A stretch of 64,000 nucleotides of DNA from Bacteroidia bacterium (GCA_965279035.1 OZ257142.1:3104001-3168000); one strand, 5' to 3'; shown: positions 38,845 through 49,173, counted from the first letter of the stretch. The notes: generated from the letters alone by a model not told the origin. Program-made: numbers and translations.

Positions 38845-40866
38845 ATGGATTTTCAGCTCATTTCCGATTTTTCACCAACAGGCGATCAACCCGAAGCAAT
38901 TCGTGAATTGTGCGAAGGTGTTGAACGTGGTGATAAAGCTCAAGTATTATTAGGTGTTACCGGATCAGGTAAAACTTTTACTGTCGCTAATGTTATACAA
39001 CAAACCGGACGACCAACGCTCATTTTAAGTCACAATAAAACCTTAGCAGCGCAACTGTATCAAGAATTCAAAACATTCTTCCCCAAAAATGCGGTCGAGT
39101 ATTTTGTTTCGTATTACGATTATTATCAGCCCGAAGCGTATTTACCTGTTACCAATACCTACATCGAAAAAGATTTACAGATTAACGATGAAATTGAAAA
39201 ACTTCGATTAAGTACAGCCTCTTCCCTACTCTCTGGAAGACGCGATATCATTGTTATTTCTTCAGTTTCCTGCATCTATGGTATGGGAAATCCAGAGAAT
39301 ATTAAATCCAATACAGTCAAAGTGAAGCGCAGTGAAATCATCAGCCGCAATCGCTTTTTACACATGCTCGTTTCGGCTTTGTATTCACGTACAGAAACCG
39401 AATTTAAAAACGGAACTTTTCGCGTGAAAGGTGATACGGTGGATGTATTTATTGGAAATGCATCAGTGGCTTATCGCTTTTATTTCTTCGGTGATGAAAT
39501 AGAACAAATCGAAGTGATTGAACCGGAAAGTGGAGCTCGCATTGAAGAACTCGACAATGTGGTTATTTATCCAGCGACTATTTATGTGGCTAACAAAGAA
39601 ACCATGAAAGACGCCATTTACCTCATTCAAGAGGATATGGTAAAGCAATGCGATTTCTTTAAAGAAGAAGGAAAATACCTCGAAGCAAAACGTTTGGAAG
39701 ATCGTGTTACGTATGATCTGGAGATGATTCGGGAATTAGGATATTGTAGTGGAATTGAAAATTATTCTCGCTATTTTGATGGCAGAATTAAAGGCACTCG
39801 TCCTTTTTGTTTACTCGATTATTTTCCAGACGATTTCCTTATGGTCATTGATGAAAGTCATGTGACGCTTCCTCAAATTAAAGCCATGTATGGTGGAGAT
39901 CGTTCGCGCAAAGTGAATTTGGTAGAATATGGATTCCGCTTACCTGCAGCGATGGATAATCGTCCTTTGCAGTTTGATGAATTTACTGCACTCGTCAACC
40001 AATTAATTTACGTGAGTGCAACACCTGCCGAATATGAGCTCAATCAGAGCGAAGGTATTGTGGTGGAACAACTCATTCGTCCCACTGGATTGCTTGATCC
40101 GATTATTGAAGTGCGTCCAAGCCAAAATCAAATTGACGATTTATTGGAAGCGGTTGATAAGGTTGTGAAGCGCGATGAGCGTGTATTAGTAACGACTTTG
40201 ACCAAACGCATGGCGGAAGAATTATCTAAATACATGACCCGCTTGAATATTCGTTGTCGCTATATTCACTCTGATGTGGATACGATGGAGCGTGTTGAAA
40301 TTTTAGGTGATTTACGTTTGGGTAAATTTGATGTGTTGATTGGTGTGAATTTATTACGCGAAGGATTGGATTTACCTGAAGTATCTTTGGTGGCGATTTT
40401 AGATGCAGATAAAGAAGGATTTTTACGTTCGGTTCGTTCATTAGTACAAACAGTTGGACGTGCTGCTCGTAATGTAAATGGAAGGGTGATCATGTATGCA
40501 GATAAAATCACGGCTTCGATGGCTCAAACAATAGATGAAACCAATCGTCGCAGAGAAAAACAAATCAAATACAACATCGATCACAATATCACTCCAACAC
40601 AAATTGTAAAATCGCACGATAGCATTTTTGCAAAACGCAGCGGAGGAAGCAGTTCATCCTCTTCGCCTCGACCGTATGTAGAAAATGAATCAATTGATTT
40701 AGCAGCTGATCCAGTGGTGAAATACATGAGTAAGGAGCAATTACAAAAGTCGATTGCTCAAACGCGTAAATCGATGGAAAAAGCAGCAAAAGAATTGGAT
40801 TTCCTAGAAGCTGCTCGATTAAGAGATGAATTATTTGCTTTGGAAAAATTACTCAAGGAAAAATGA
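38845..40866 (+). CDS. uvrB: Excinuclease ABC subunit B
   Basis: GVTGSGKT, FVSYYDYYQPEAY, DESH, NLLREGLDLPEV, UVR domain. Confidence 0.99.
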   Translation: MDFQLISDFSPTGDQPEAIRELCEGVERGDKAQVLLGVTGSGKTFTVANVIQQTGRPTLILSHNKTLAAQLYQEFKTFFPKNAVEYFVSYYDYYQPEAYLPVTNTYIEKDLQINDEIEKLRLSTASSLLSGRRDIIVISSVSCIYGMGNPENIKSNTVKVKRSEIISRNRFLHMLVSALYSRTETEFKNGTFRVKGDTVDVFIGNASVAYRFYFFGDEIEQIEVIEPESGARIEELDNVVIYPATIYVANKETMKDAIYLIQEDMVKQCDFFKEEGKYLEAKRLEDRVTYDLEMIRELGYCSGIENYSRYFDGRIKGTRPFCLLDYFPDDFLMVIDESHVTLPQIKAMYGGDRSRKVNLVEYGFRLPAAMDNRPLQFDEFTALVNQLIYVSATPAEYELNQSEGIVVEQLIRPTGLLDPIIEVRPSQNQIDDLLEAVDKVVKRDERVLVTTLTKRMAEELSKYMTRLNIRCRYIHSDVDTMERVEILGDLRLGKFDVLIGVNLLREGLDLPEVSLVAILDADKEGFLRSVRSLVQTVGRAARNVNGRVIMYADKITASMAQTIDETNRRREKQIKYNIDHNITPTQIVKSHDSIFAKRSGGSSSSSSPRPYVENESIDLAADPVVKYMSKEQLQKSIAQTRKSMEKAAKELDFLEAARLRDELFALEKLLKEK

Positions 40867-41291
40867 AATTAATTATTCCTGTTTGTTGCATTATTTTATT
40901 TATTTCTTGCGGAATTCATCGAAATAAATTGGTTGAAATAAAACCTATTTTTCTCGAATCTCAAATGGTAAATAATTTAACGGAAAATTTAAAAGACACG
41001 AGTGGAATTGAATTCGTTTCATATCAAATTTCAGTCGATACTTTAATTCTTCGTGTGAAAGCAATACCTAGCGATCCAAGCGATTTTCATTTCTATATTT
41101 CAGCTCAAAGAACCAAAAGCATTCCTCCACAACAAGCAGCTGTTTTAGTTCGAAAAAATCATTCAGTTAATACGGAAAAAAAGAAAATCGAACTCGTATT
41201 TAAAATTCATTTAAACGATTTACAACAAACACGTCATTCGCTGGTTATTAAGTTGGCAAACGGAAATCAAAATATTCCATATAAGCCATGA
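40863..41291 (+). CDS. Hypothetical lipoprotein
   Basis: FISC lipobox; ATGA overlap with uvrB. Confidence 0.6.
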   Translation: MKLIIPVCCIILFISCGIHRNKLVEIKPIFLESQMVNNLTENLKDTSGIEFVSYQISVDTLILRVKAIPSDPSDFHFYISAQRTKSIPPQQAAVLVRKNHSVNTEKKKIELVFKIHLNDLQQTRHSLVIKLANGNQNIPYKP

Positions 41292-41356
41292 GTATTCGAT
41301 GGGAACGTCCCAGTTTGAATACGAAGAATCAATCGACATTTGTATTTGAACCTTCA

Positions 41357-41917
41357 ATGACCACGACAACACTGCATTTGCTTCCTGCAATTCAACAACG
41401 TAAAAGCATACGTACATTTTCCAAACAACAAATAACAGAAGAGCAAATTGAATTACTTTTTGAAGCGGCACGTTGGGCTGCATCTTCCATGAATGGGCAA
41501 TCGTGGGAATATATTTATGCTACAAATCACGATCATGTAGGGTTTGAAAAAATTGTTTCTTGTTTATTACCATTTAACCAAGTATGGGCGAAAAATGCAC
41601 CACTATTAATTATTTGTACTGCGCTTAAAAATCACGAAAATGGGAAGCCTTACAAACATGCATGGCATGATGCAGGATTAGCCAATGCTCAATTAGTGCT
41701 TCAAGCTACTTCGATGGGAATGTTTGCTCATATTATGGGAGGTGTTGATTATGAAGCAACTCAGATTAAACTTTCCATTCCTGAAACACACGATGTAGTT
41801 TGTTGTATTGCTATTGGTTTTCAAGGTGACGGAAGTGATTTATCCGAAGAATTAAAACAACGTGAATCAGCTCCACGCATTCGAAAATCCCTTGAAAAAG
41901 TAGCACGTAAAGTCTGA
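41357..41917 (+). CDS. Nitroreductase family protein
   Basis: IQQRKSIR, ARWAASSMNGQSW, HDAG, HIMGG. Confidence 0.9.
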   Translation: MTTTTLHLLPAIQQRKSIRTFSKQQITEEQIELLFEAARWAASSMNGQSWEYIYATNHDHVGFEKIVSCLLPFNQVWAKNAPLLIICTALKNHENGKPYKHAWHDAGLANAQLVLQATSMGMFAHIMGGVDYEATQIKLSIPETHDVVCCIAIGFQGDGSDLSEELKQRESAPRIRKSLEKVARKV

Positions 41918-41950
41918 ACACTTTATTTAATAAGCTTTTTAAGAAAATTT

Positions 41951-41980
41951 AACAGCGCACATACCAAGCGCTGTTTTTTT
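41951..41980 (+). terminator. Intrinsic terminator
   Basis: AACAGCGC...GCGCTGTT followed by T run. Confidence 0.8.
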
Positions 41981-42147
41981 GTAGTTATAGAATTGTCAAT
42001 CACGACATTTCTGTCTTTTTAATTCCATTTCATTCCAATAAAACACGCTGAATTTCGGCAGGGCATCGTCTTGCTTAAACTTAATAAAATCAAATCGCTA
42101 TTTAATTGCCTATGTGAAAATTCGACCTACAACTCAAACTCTGTCGT

Positions 42148-43482
42148 ATGAAAAATCAATGTGTTATTGGCAGTTTTCTGCTCGCTATCTTTTTTGCCAT
42201 GGGATGCGATTCTCGGCAACAAATAAATCAACAATATCATGCAGTTCAACGACCGTTAAAGCACGTCGAAACACCCTTAAATGTGCTTCAAGTTGATCCT
42301 TCGAAAGGAGGCGAATTTCATTTCAAAACAGGTACGGTAATTCAAATTCCTGAGCATGCCTTTGTAGATAAATCAGGAAAAATAATTGAGGAACCAGTAA
42401 TGATTGAATTGGAAGAATTTCATTCAGCATCCGATATTTTTCTTAGCGGAATCACCATGCACTATGAACAAAATGGTGTAGATGAATCCTTCGAAAGTGC
42501 AGGTATGTTTCGCATTGATGGAAGTTGCAATGGTGAACAAATAGAAGTTGCCAAGGGTAAAACATTGAATGTACAATTAGCTTCTTCAAACAAAGATTCG
42601 AATTATGATTTCTTTCAACTCAATGAAAAAACTGCGAAATGGGAACGATTAAGTGCTACTTCAGCAAGTGTAAATCAAAGTCGTCAAACCTTAGCAGATT
42701 CAATTCAAAAAATAGCAAAATCGGATAACTTAAACAACATGCCCAATCTTCCCGAAAAAGGCGCACTTGTTCTCGATATTGATGTAGATTATCGTAAATA
42801 TCCTCAATTACGCGATTTTTATGGTTTAGCATGGCAAGTTGAATCATCCGAAAATGCCAAAGAATTATCAGATGTTCAATGGGATTACACCAATTTAATT
42901 AGCACTGGAACTGGTATAAATGATTTTAAACTTCGATTAAGTAATGCAGGCCAAATAAAAGAAGTAAAAGTACAACCTGTAATTAGTCGTGAAGAACGCG
43001 CTCGCCTTGAAAAACGCTATGAATTAGCACGAATTGAAGTAGAAAAAGCAAGAGCAATAGCATTACAAAATGCGACTACTCAAATGGATGCTATGTTTGA
43101 ATTTCAACGCAATTTATCGGTGAATGGATTCGGGATTTATAATTGTGATCGAGTTATTCAATACGAACAGCCTGTAGCATTAGAACCGAATTATATATTG
43201 AATGGAATTCCAATAAAAAATTACTCTGCTCTTTATTTAATTAGCAATGATAATTCAGCCGTTGCTCAATATTTAAATACAATTAAATTTGATTTGGGAC
43301 GTGAAAATAAATTAGTATTTGTTCTTAATGATGGCAAATTGGGCTATGTCTCGAACGATCAATTGGTAGCTTCCGCTCGAAAATCAGAAGCAGAGAAAAA
43401 GGATTTGAACATAGAAATTAAAGTTTCAAAATCATCTATTAAAACACCTCAAGATTTACAAGCATTTTTAAATCGAATTTGA
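42148..43482 (+). CDS. Hypothetical lipoprotein (ESAGMF...GIYNCD motif family)
   Basis: AMGC lipobox; GTVIQIPEHAF, ESAGMF and GIYNCDR motifs. Confidence 0.7.
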   Translation: MKNQCVIGSFLLAIFFAMGCDSRQQINQQYHAVQRPLKHVETPLNVLQVDPSKGGEFHFKTGTVIQIPEHAFVDKSGKIIEEPVMIELEEFHSASDIFLSGITMHYEQNGVDESFESAGMFRIDGSCNGEQIEVAKGKTLNVQLASSNKDSNYDFFQLNEKTAKWERLSATSASVNQSRQTLADSIQKIAKSDNLNNMPNLPEKGALVLDIDVDYRKYPQLRDFYGLAWQVESSENAKELSDVQWDYTNLISTGTGINDFKLRLSNAGQIKEVKVQPVISREERARLEKRYELARIEVEKARAIALQNATTQMDAMFEFQRNLSVNGFGIYNCDRVIQYEQPVALEPNYILNGIPIKNYSALYLISNDNSAVAQYLNTIKFDLGRENKLVFVLNDGKLGYVSNDQLVASARKSEAEKKDLNIEIKVSKSSIKTPQDLQAFLNRI

Positions 43483-43485
43483 GCG

Positions 43486-46400
43486 ATGGTAAGAAGTTTA
43501 GCTCAGCTAATAAGTCGATTTAGCATTGGCTTATTTTGCTGCGTAACCTCTTTATTTGCTCAATCGGTCGACACCTTACTACCGGTAAATGAGCAAGGTA
43601 AATGGGGCTTCGTTAATACTAAAGGAATAATCGTATTTCCTTGTCAATACGAATCGGTACTTTATTGGGGAACTGCTCGCTATGGAAAAGTAAAAAAAGA
43701 GGGCACTTGGAATCTCATCACCCGACAGGGAAATTTGTTGCCTTTACCATTTAAAGGAATTCCCGAATTATTCAATGATAGTATTCTCATTATTCGTTCT
43801 GAGGAAGGGCAATTTTTAGTAAGCGAAAGCGGAAGGAAAATTCTTCCGAAAAGTTATCAGCATATTGGCAAGCTTTCGAATGGGTATTTCAGCTATTATG
43901 AAGGCGATAGCTGTGGACTCGGGCACATCAATCAAGGCATAATTACACCAATTTTATATGAGCTAATAAAGGCACATGGAAATCACGGTTTTGAGGTAAT
44001 AAGCTGCAAAAAAAGTGGCTGGATAAATGCAAAAGGAGAGCTTCTTCTTGAGCCAATATATGAATCAATCTATTATAGGAATGATGGCTTACTATTCCCA
44101 CGATTGGGTGAAGCTTTTAAATTAGGTATATATGATTCTCAAAAACAGAATTGGATTATTACATGCAATTGGGATGAAATAAGTGATTCGAATTCTCAAT
44201 TTTTAAGTTTAGCAGATGAGCGTGGATTGTACTTGTATAATCTTAAAATCAAAGAATTCTATCCGCAATTATTTAATCAGATTGAGTTAAATAATGATGT
44301 AGCAAAAGTGGAAAATGATAGTGGCCAGGGAATTATTTCGAATGAAAATAAACTGGTATTACCGATTGAGTTCTCGAGTATTCAGAAGGAACACGGTGCT
44401 TATATTACTCAAAAAGACAGTGTATGGAGTTTATTTAATTTAGAAGGAAAATCACTTTCATCTGAAGTTTTTGCAAGCATTCAATCGCTTAGCACTCCGG
44501 CTTGGGTAGCAGAACGAGAGAACGATTGGATTTTATTAGATTCATTAGGAAATAGTTTACTAAGTAATATGCATGATCCCGAAGTATTGGGAAATAAAGT
44601 AAAGTATTACGATGGTACGAATATGACTTCTTTTCAGGTGAACGAAAAAGGAAAAATCATCTCCAAACAAAGCTTCGAAAATGTGATGAAATTGAACGTT
44701 ACAGGCTATAGTGAAGAACGGTCAAAGCCCACTTTGGAGAGTAAATCAAAAAATGAAAATGAACCGATTTCACGTTGGTTTAAAGATGAAAAAACAAAGA
44801 AATGGGGCTTAAAATTTCCAGATGGAAAAATTGCAATCCCTGCAAAATACGATTACATAGTAAATAATCAAACCTATCCCTACACGCATGTTTATGTTAA
44901 AATATATGAACGAGAAACAAATTTATATGGGGCAACATTCAACATACGAGCACGTGCTGGATTAGTTGATCCTCAATCTGGGAAAGTGCTCATTGAGCCG
45001 CGTTACGTTGATGTTTTTCTTAGTGGTCCTATAAAAACACCTCTGTTTTTTGGAATTACCGAACAGTTTTTTTATCAATTAATTATCCCGGGAAATAACG
45101 ATAAAATGCCTGTATTTGCTTGGGTTGATAATTCCATTCAATCGCCTGTTCGATGTTTAGGAGGTAATGGAATTGATCGAATAAGTAAACGTTCAAAAGA
45201 CAATATCTGTTCAGTAAATTCCTGGACTTCAAGAATAGTTAACCCCCAGTTCAATTACGAACATTCAAAAAGCAAACGTTCAATTTCCCGTCAATACATG
45301 ACCTCCAGTCTAAAAAAATGGGTGTATGTATTTCCGGGAGAAATTAATCCTCTCGGGTATTTTTCAGAAGCCGAATCATTTGAATATCCTTTATCAATTG
45401 TCCAAGATTATACTACTAAAAAATACGGATTATTAAAGCAAAATGGAACATACGCTGTTGTTCGTAAATTTGAATTTATACGAAGAAAAATAGTCAATGG
45501 AACTGAGATCTATTTCTTGATGAAAGAAGATAGTACACAAAGTTTAGTGAATATGGATCAAGAAATTATCCCAATAGAAAACAACACTTCGATTGTGAAT
45601 TACGATGGCCAAGTTGCATATGTGAAGCAAGCATTTTCTGTTGGTTTTTTGATGGATTTAAACAAACCTGTATTATTTAAACATGCAGAAAAAACAGGGA
45701 AACTAAAACAAGGAATTATTGCCGTTTGCTCCAGTTCGAAATGGCAATATTATTTCGAAAACGGGGAAAAACTAAATGATGAATCCTATACAAAAGCATT
45801 TGATTTTTATGAGGGAAAGGCTGCTGTGAAGGATCATGGAAAATGGAAATTTATATATTTAAATGGTGAATTAAGTGAGGCGCTTCCCTGGAAAAATATG
45901 AAGCCATTAGTAGATGGAAAATTCTTAGCCCACAATGGGAAGAATTGGTTTATCACCGATACTGATGGAAAAGCCATGCATGTAGCAGGTTTCAGCAAAG
46001 TGAGTTTAATGAAAAATTCTCCGAATATCGCAGTGAGTAATGGAACGAAATGGGGATTAATTTCTCCCGATGGGGAAATGTTGATTGCTATTCAATACAA
46101 TCGAATTCAAGCCTTAGGGGATGATTTATATGCATTAAGTAAGGGCAATCGTTTATTTCTTAAACATGAAAATACGAAAGAAAAAAGAGTTCGACGAACA
46201 AGTGGAATTGGTAAAACTGCAGAAGGTAGATTCGCTTTGAGAAAGAAAGATGGTTGGGTATTGGCTGATACAAGTTTAGCTGTATTGAGTGATGAGAAAT
46301 TTAATGCTATTCGACAGTTAAATCAAGGATATACTGTGGCACAAAAAGGGAATTCATCCTGTTTGATCGACTCTGTTGGTACCATTGCATTTTATGCACA

Positions 46401-46845
46401 GGGGCGCTTGATTGGAGCCTTTTCAGATGGGTTTATACTTAATTACAATAGCAGTTGTAATGGCTATAGTTTTCTAAACAAAAGAGGTGAGAATATTTTT
46501 GAAGTTACTTATAGTGATGCTATGCCTTTTGATCAAGGGAAAGCGTGGGTAAAAGAAGAAAATGGTTGGGGTTGTATTGATAATACAGGAGAATGGATAA
46601 TTCAACCACGTTTTTATGCAATTCGAAAACTCGATCACCATGCATTCCTTGCTAATTCATCCTACCGTTCTGGGGTATGCGATGCAAATGGAAACATACT
46701 ACTTGAACCCATTTACGACACGGTTGAAATCAAAGAAAACTGCATGCTGTCAGGTTCAATAGGCTCACGTATGATCTGGAAATACACAAGTGGCATAGGC
46801 ATCTATGATAGACTTCTGAATTTACACCTTGCAAAAACTCCTTGA
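43486..46845 (+). CDS. WG-repeat (KWG) secreted protein
   Basis: Signal peptide; many KWG/YG..I...G...I...Y repeats. Confidence 0.85.
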   Translation: MVRSLAQLISRFSIGLFCCVTSLFAQSVDTLLPVNEQGKWGFVNTKGIIVFPCQYESVLYWGTARYGKVKKEGTWNLITRQGNLLPLPFKGIPELFNDSILIIRSEEGQFLVSESGRKILPKSYQHIGKLSNGYFSYYEGDSCGLGHINQGIITPILYELIKAHGNHGFEVISCKKSGWINAKGELLLEPIYESIYYRNDGLLFPRLGEAFKLGIYDSQKQNWIITCNWDEISDSNSQFLSLADERGLYLYNLKIKEFYPQLFNQIELNNDVAKVENDSGQGIISNENKLVLPIEFSSIQKEHGAYITQKDSVWSLFNLEGKSLSSEVFASIQSLSTPAWVAERENDWILLDSLGNSLLSNMHDPEVLGNKVKYYDGTNMTSFQVNEKGKIISKQSFENVMKLNVTGYSEERSKPTLESKSKNENEPISRWFKDEKTKKWGLKFPDGKIAIPAKYDYIVNNQTYPYTHVYVKIYERETNLYGATFNIRARAGLVDPQSGKVLIEPRYVDVFLSGPIKTPLFFGITEQFFYQLIIPGNNDKMPVFAWVDNSIQSPVRCLGGNGIDRISKRSKDNICSVNSWTSRIVNPQFNYEHSKSKRSISRQYMTSSLKKWVYVFPGEINPLGYFSEAESFEYPLSIVQDYTTKKYGLLKQNGTYAVVRKFEFIRRKIVNGTEIYFLMKEDSTQSLVNMDQEIIPIENNTSIVNYDGQVAYVKQAFSVGFLMDLNKPVLFKHAEKTGKLKQGIIAVCSSSKWQYYFENGEKLNDESYTKAFDFYEGKAAVKDHGKWKFIYLNGELSEALPWKNMKPLVDGKFLAHNGKNWFITDTDGKAMHVAGFSKVSLMKNSPNIAVSNGTKWGLISPDGEMLIAIQYNRIQALGDDLYALSKGNRLFLKHENTKEKRVRRTSGIGKTAEGRFALRKKDGWVLADTSLAVLSDEKFNAIRQLNQGYTVAQKGNSSCLIDSVGTIAFYAQGRLIGAFSDGFILNYNSSCNGYSFLNKRGENIFEVTYSDAMPFDQGKAWVKEENGWGCIDNTGEWIIQPRFYAIRKLDHHAFLANSSYRSGVCDANGNILLEPIYDTVEIKENCMLSGSIGSRMIWKYTSGIGIYDRLLNLHLAKTP

Positions 46846-46890
46846 TGCTTGTTTCCATTTGAATTATTCCTACTTTTGCCCCCCGCAAAA

Positions 46891-46964
46891 GGCTCCGTAG
46901 TTCAATTGGATAGAATGACAGATTCCGGTTCTGTTGGTTGGGGGTTCGAATCCCTCCGGGGTCA
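46891..46964 (+). tRNA. tRNA-Arg(CCG)
   Basis: Acceptor GGCTCCG/CGGGGTC; anticodon arm ACAGA-TTCCGGT-TCTGT; T loop GGTTCGAATCC; upstream TACTTTTG box; no encoded CCA. Confidence 0.97.
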
Positions 46965-46969
46965 CGAAT

Positions 46970-47004
46970 AAAAACTACTGTTTGAATTTCAGACAGTGGT
47001 TTTT
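46970..47004 (+). terminator. tRNA terminator
   Basis: AAAAACTACTGTTTGAA/TTCAGACAGTGGTTTTT hairpin. Confidence 0.75.
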
Positions 47005-47119
47005 AATTTTTTGATCCATTTATTTATACTAATTTTCATTTTGTATTTATACCAATAAAATAAATTGCTATTTCAAATTCTATCGATTAAATAATTAGAA
47101 AGAAATTAATAGTTAAGCA

Positions 47120-47884
47120 ATGAAGAATTATACATACTTCAATTTGTTAAGATATTTTGCAATTAGTTTTATTATTATATACCTAAGTTCTTGTTCCATG
47201 TTTCAACCACCTAGCCTCCGCTCCTATAATTTCAAAGAACGAGGGGATGTATGCATTGCCGCTACAATAGGAAGTAATTATGAATTCCAAGCAGCCTACA
47301 GCCCAATGAAACATGTTTATCTTAAATCTGGATTTCGACATGCGAAAAGAAATGATTTTGGAATAATTTCTAACAATCATAAATATAATAGCCATCAATT
47401 GGGTGCAGGGTATTATAAAACATTTAAGTCAAATTCATATATACAATTTGGGACTGAATTTTTTGATGGGGCAGGGAAAATTGAAAATCAAGTTGGAAAT
47501 AGTACTCCTGAATATACTTACTCAACATTTTACACAAAAGGCTTCGCAATTAGTGGACTTTATTCATATTATTCAGAACTTCATAAAGCTGGATTTATTT
47601 TCGGAATTCGAAAAGGGAAAACATGGAATGCTGAAACATTAATTGATGATCATTTCACATTGAATAAATATAAAATAGGGATTCTTGAGCATAAAATATT
47701 TACGTATTCTGAATATTGCTTTTCAACATTTCGTCGCTATAAAGATTTCAGCATTCTAGCTTTCAATATTGATATAGGTTTACATGATCTTAAAACCGAT
47801 TTAAAAAAAGGTACGGGAACTATTCGATTTTCCTTATCCTACCAAATTCCCTTTAATATTCGAAAGAAACACAAAGTGAATTAA
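47120..47884 (+). CDS. Hypothetical lipoprotein, tandem paralogue A
   Basis: LSSC lipobox; aligns along its length with 47912-48664. Confidence 0.75.
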   Translation: MKNYTYFNLLRYFAISFIIIYLSSCSMFQPPSLRSYNFKERGDVCIAATIGSNYEFQAAYSPMKHVYLKSGFRHAKRNDFGIISNNHKYNSHQLGAGYYKTFKSNSYIQFGTEFFDGAGKIENQVGNSTPEYTYSTFYTKGFAISGLYSYYSELHKAGFIFGIRKGKTWNAETLIDDHFTLNKYKIGILEHKIFTYSEYCFSTFRRYKDFSILAFNIDIGLHDLKTDLKKGTGTIRFSLSYQIPFNIRKKHKVN

Positions 47885-47911
47885 CTATTTTTTTATTATA
47901 AATTTCGAATA

Positions 47912-48664
47912 ATGAATAATCGTATACCTACATTCAAGTATTCCTTTTCATGGATAATAGGTGTTTGTGTTATTTTAAGTTCTTGTTCTATCCTACAACC
48001 ACCCAGCATTCGCTCCTATAATTTCAAAGATCGCGGTGATGTTTGTATTGCCGCAACAGTCGGTGTTAATTATGAGTTGCAAGCTGCTTTTAGCCTTATC
48101 AAACATGTTTATCTTCAATCTGGATTTCGACATGCGAATACCCATAATTTGGGAATTTATTCAGATCTACATCATTATAATAGCAAACAAATTGGTTTGG
48201 GATATTATAGCACAATAAAAACCCATTCCTATATTCAATTCGGCGCTGAATTTTTTGATGGAAAAGGCAAAATTGAAGAACTCTTTGGTAATGTTTCACC
48301 AGAATATAATAGTTCATCCGTTTACTTTAGTGGCTTTGCTATTTATGGATTATATTCATATTATTCAGATTTACTGAATTTAGGATTTATGTTTGGAACA
48401 CGTGTTGGTAAAATAAAGAATTCGTTAACTCTTACCGAAAGCATATACGATTCATACAAGAAAAAAATAGGAATTCTTGAGCATCGTTATAATGATTATT
48501 ATGAGAATTATTGCTCAATATTTCATCGATTTAAGAATCAAAGTACGATCTCTTTTAATTTAGACATAGGTTATCACTACCTCAGACGCTCAGTTGGCTC
48601 TATGCGTATTTCAGTATCCTATCAAATTCCATTTAATCTTAGAAAAAAACATCAAATAAATTAA
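47912..48664 (+). CDS. Hypothetical lipoprotein, tandem paralogue B
   Basis: LSSC lipobox; shared QPPS.RSYNFK.RGDVCIAAT, SGFRHA, SYQIPFN. Confidence 0.75.
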   Translation: MNNRIPTFKYSFSWIIGVCVILSSCSILQPPSIRSYNFKDRGDVCIAATVGVNYELQAAFSLIKHVYLQSGFRHANTHNLGIYSDLHHYNSKQIGLGYYSTIKTHSYIQFGAEFFDGKGKIEELFGNVSPEYNSSSVYFSGFAIYGLYSYYSDLLNLGFMFGTRVGKIKNSLTLTESIYDSYKKKIGILEHRYNDYYENYCSIFHRFKNQSTISFNLDIGYHYLRRSVGSMRISVSYQIPFNLRKKHQIN

Positions 48665-48723
48665 ACACATGGTTAAAATCTCGATTTATGAACTATCTAT
48701 TGAGAAAAATTAAGTTTAACTAA

Positions 48724-49162
48724 ACCTGTTGTGCTGTTGAATTATCAATTTATTTTTTTTATATCAATCAATGAAATAAGACTGTTAATGCTTCTTGTCA
48801 CTATATCATTCATGTTTGTCTACGACGTATTACTTTCTTGTCTTGACACAAGAAAGTAATCAACGGCGAAACCCTCATGAGTTCCTATGAAAAATAAACA
48901 CTTACGAATAAAGAAGGTCAAGTCTGGACGATGCTGCTTACGCTCAAGGCCTTTTTTCGACCATTTTGCTCGGATAAGCTTTTTTCTCATCTATGTCGAA
49001 ACACACCCTCGCCGCCCAGACATAGTCACCACACTGATCCGTTTCTAAACCTAATTTTAATTTTAAGTAATTTAATTTAAAGGCATTACATAAGTATTGA
49101 TTATTGGGGTAAGCGATAAATAGTGTTGAAGAATAATTCTAATTTTTAACCGCACAACGTGT
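48724..49162. mobile_element. Non-autonomous IS982-type element (MITE), 439 bp
   Basis: Left end ACCTGTTGTGCTGTTGAA (16/18 to IS982 IRL); right end TTTTTAACCGCACAACGTGT (19/20 to IS right end); 8-bp TSD TTAACTAA at 48716-48723 and 49163-49170; no transposase ORF. Confidence 0.85.
48829..49021 (-). ncRNA. Candidate structured RNA/DNA inside the MITE
   Basis: Perfect 13-bp hairpin whose 6-nt loop is complementary to 48917-48922; long stem 48922-48930/49013-49021; G.U pairs favour the minus strand. Confidence 0.4.
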
Positions 49163-49173
49163 TTAACTAATTA

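Noticed and set aside
41991-42076. Sigma-54 promoter with upstream TGTC-N6-GACA site before the lipoprotein/WG operon
   Set aside because: GGCA to TTGC spacing is one base short of the strict -24/-12 geometry and the leading T is absent
47120-48664. Diversity-generating retroelement TR/VR pair
   Set aside because: Differences are largely synonymous and not adenine-specific; no reverse transcriptase present
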